Positions 62,462 through 64,000 of a DNA stretch of 64,000 nucleotides are shown here, one piece after another. The position numbers and the translations under genes are program-made. The notes below the pieces were generated by a model, which was given only the letters and a program-made list of their open reading frames with translations, did not search any database and had not been told where the DNA came from. Position 1 is the stretch's first letter, and each line of letters begins with the position of its first letter. The stretch comes from an uncultured bacterium (GTDB taxonomy: Bacteria; Acidobacteriota; Thermoanaerobaculia; Multivoradales; JAHZIX01), in assembly GCA_965368975.1 (NCBI GenBank), contig CBDUPA010000012.1:83540-147539 (forward strand), in the 5' to 3' direction.

Positions 62462-64000
62462 GCGCGGTCCTTCCCGTCAGCGAGCGGACGGCCTTGTTCG
62501 GCGAATCTTTTGGTGAAATGTTCCCAGGCGACCGCGTAGTCCTTCTCGCGGTCGCAGCGCACCCACGGCGCCTGGTACACGATCGTCTTCTCGCGCGGGC
62601 CGCCGGGCAGAGTGTCGTCCATCACGACCTGGGTCACGGTCTCGTTGCCGGTGTAGCCGGCTTCTTCGGACATGTGTTGGACGTCGTTCCAGCAGGGGTT
62701 CGGATCTTTCTTGCTGGTGGTGCGGTTCAGGCCGACACCCACCAGGCCGCGCGAGTTGGTGAAGACGATGCGGCCGTTGCGGTCGTACCAGGTGTCGGCT
62801 TCGTAGGAGCGCAGGACGGGGAATTGGACGCGGTAGATGGTCTGGAGTTGTTCGAGGGTGAGGCCGAGGGCCATGGAGATCAGGACGTCGATTTCTACCA
62901 GCACGGCGCGGCGGGCGGCGTCGGGGCGGATGGCGGAGTCGCGGGTCCAAGACTGGTCGCTCGATGCGAAGGGCTGTTCCAGGAATTGAGAGAGGAAAGG
63001 TGTCGCTTCTGTACTCCACTCCCGCCTGGATCGGCGATTCCAGAGATCTGCGAAGTGGGTGGTGAGGCAAACGAGGCTACAGACTCGGGCGACGAGAGCT
63101 TCCTGGATCTTGGACTCGGGGATGATCGGTAGGCGCCGCGCCAGGTTTGGTCGGAAGTCTCCAGAGCCGCTCGATTTGATCAGGAAGTCAATCGGTAAAG
63201 ACATCCACGTCCCAGCTACAGCTACAGCCTGAGTCTCATTCGAAAAACAATAACTGTAGACACCGTCGATGTGCGCTGTGCCTGGTGGTGAGATGGCCGG
63301 TTGCAGTGTGCGCTCACTTGTCGGGCCCAGACCTCTGTTCACCACGAGTCGAAAGTAGTCCAGTACCGCGTTCGGGGCATCATCCGAGGCCCAAGGGACT
63401 TTGGGCGATCGCGTCCGATAGTCTGAGGGCTCGGCATTGGGCAGATAGATCGAGCGCGGCAGATAGTCTTCTGGTAGCTCCGTCAGGTCCAGTACGTCAT
63501 AGCAGCTGTTGTTCGTGACCTCTGCGCGCGGAGTCTTGTAGAACGGATTACCGACGTGGAAGTGCGGTCCGGAAATAATCCATTCGTGTACATCTTGCGG
63601 GAACCTCACCTCCTTTCGGATGGTTCCATCCCGCTGAGACCGGGACTCGTGCCACATTTCTGCCGACTTGTAGCAGTCTGCCGGCAGATCGCCCAGTTTC
63701 AATGGACTGACAGCGAACGCTTCGAGCGCCTGAAGCAAGGTCGCAGAATGGAGCGCCGGAAGCTTGGCCTCCGTTGCCGGAGTGTCCGGTTCGTCATAGA
63801 GACGAGCAAAGAGTTCCAGCTCCGTCTCCGTGATGCGCAGAATCCGATCACGATGACCGCGCGTCTCCCAGCTGTTCTCGTCGTCCTTGATCCCGGGCAC
63901 CGGGCCGTAGCCATCGTGGGCATGACACTCGTCGATGGTTGCGGGGACGAAGAGATTTGCCAGGTGCGTGAAGTCCGGAGTGCTTCTTTGGGCTCCATAG
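62458..64000 (-). CDS. Partial CDS (C-terminal ≥514 aa; the N-terminus lies beyond the window edge) of an uncharacterised large protein. It is a possible DruH-like or methyltransferase-like defence-island partner.
   Basis: The open frame continues without a stop to the window end. A weak NPFY (NPPY-like) element sits in HFHVGNPFYK. 4-bp overlap with the downstream giant helicase. Confidence 0.5.
   Translation of the reverse strand, partial: YGAQRSTPDFTHLANLFVPATIDECHAHDGYGPVPGIKDDENSWETRGHRDRILRITETELELFARLYDEPDTPATEAKLPALHSATLLQALEAFAVSPLKLGDLPADCYKSAEMWHESRSQRDGTIRKEVRFPQDVHEWIISGPHFHVGNPFYKTPRAEVTNNSCYDVLDLTELPEDYLPRSIYLPNAEPSDYRTRSPKVPWASDDAPNAVLDYFRLVVNRGLGPTSERTLQPAISPPGTAHIDGVYSYCFSNETQAVAVAGTWMSLPIDFLIKSSGSGDFRPNLARRLPIIPESKIQEALVARVCSLVCLTTHFADLWNRRSRREWSTEATPFLSQFLEQPFASSDQSWTRDSAIRPDAARRAVLVEIDVLISMALGLTLEQLQTIYRVQFPVLRSYEADTWYDRNGRIVFTNSRGLVGVGLNRTTSKKDPNPCWNDVQHMSEEAGYTGNETVTQVVMDDTLPGGPREKTIVYQAPWVRCDREKDYAVAWEHFTKRFAEQGRPLADGKDRA

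Noticed and set aside
1-64000. Prophage, IS or integron signatures.
   Set aside because: No integrase, transposase, recombinase or att-like tRNA flank was recognised. The only mobile-like sequences are the non-autonomous MITE copies.

Overview
The window is about 68% GC. It is probably chromosomal bacterial DNA with a Myxococcota-like flavour. This is an inference from gene content: a FYDLN_acid zinc-ribbon protein, a TIR-STAND protein, an FHA-GGDEF protein and several proteins of more than 900 aa. No rRNA, tRNA or CRISPR array was found by eye.

Left third (1-22.7 kb). Housekeeping and signalling genes: a minus-strand ACP / epimerase-acyltransferase fusion / ABC1(UbiB)-kinase operon; a LuxR regulator divergent from a TIR-NB-ARC-TPR STAND protein; an FHA-GGDEF diguanylate cyclase; recN, tsaC/yrdC, a SpoIVB-like peptidase, a beta-propeller protein, coaD, dusA and a pterin dehydratase. 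Three copies of a roughly 140-bp MITE-like element carrying 30-bp terminal inverted repeats are present. Two of them, in inverted orientation, exactly bracket a 1-kb gene.

Middle (22.7-33.2 kb). A 0.9-kb low-GC non-coding stretch is followed by a TPR protein, folK, a FYDLN_acid protein, a LolA-like protein and a conserved tgt-yajC-secD-secF operon with a clean terminator, then a SirB1-like protein.

Right half, which holds the two most interesting regions.
(1) 33.3-52.3 kb, plus strand. A consensus sigma70-like promoter precedes a 40-aa Cys/Ser/Thr-rich peptide with an FNLD-like leader box. Next come a small RiPP-associated protein and a 921-aa LanB-type (glutamylation-domain) enzyme. After a 175-bp gap there is a tightly coupled four-gene operon: a membrane-anchored vWA protein, a 1291-aa tubulin/FtsZ-like GTPase with an exact tubulin signature AGGTGSG, a 1351-aa giant protein, and a 1315-aa polytopic-membrane P-loop helicase-like ATPase. 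This combination looks like a new membrane-associated cytomotive/secretion-like system, possibly coupled to a modified peptide.
(2) 53.8-64.0 kb, minus strand. An N-terminally truncated unknown protein is followed by a 2165-aa DEAD-helicase/DUF1998/DUF559-like giant protein and a translationally coupled UvrD-like helicase. This resembles a Druantia type III-like or DrmAB-like defence island. It is flanked by two low-GC, horizontally acquired-looking membrane-protein genes.
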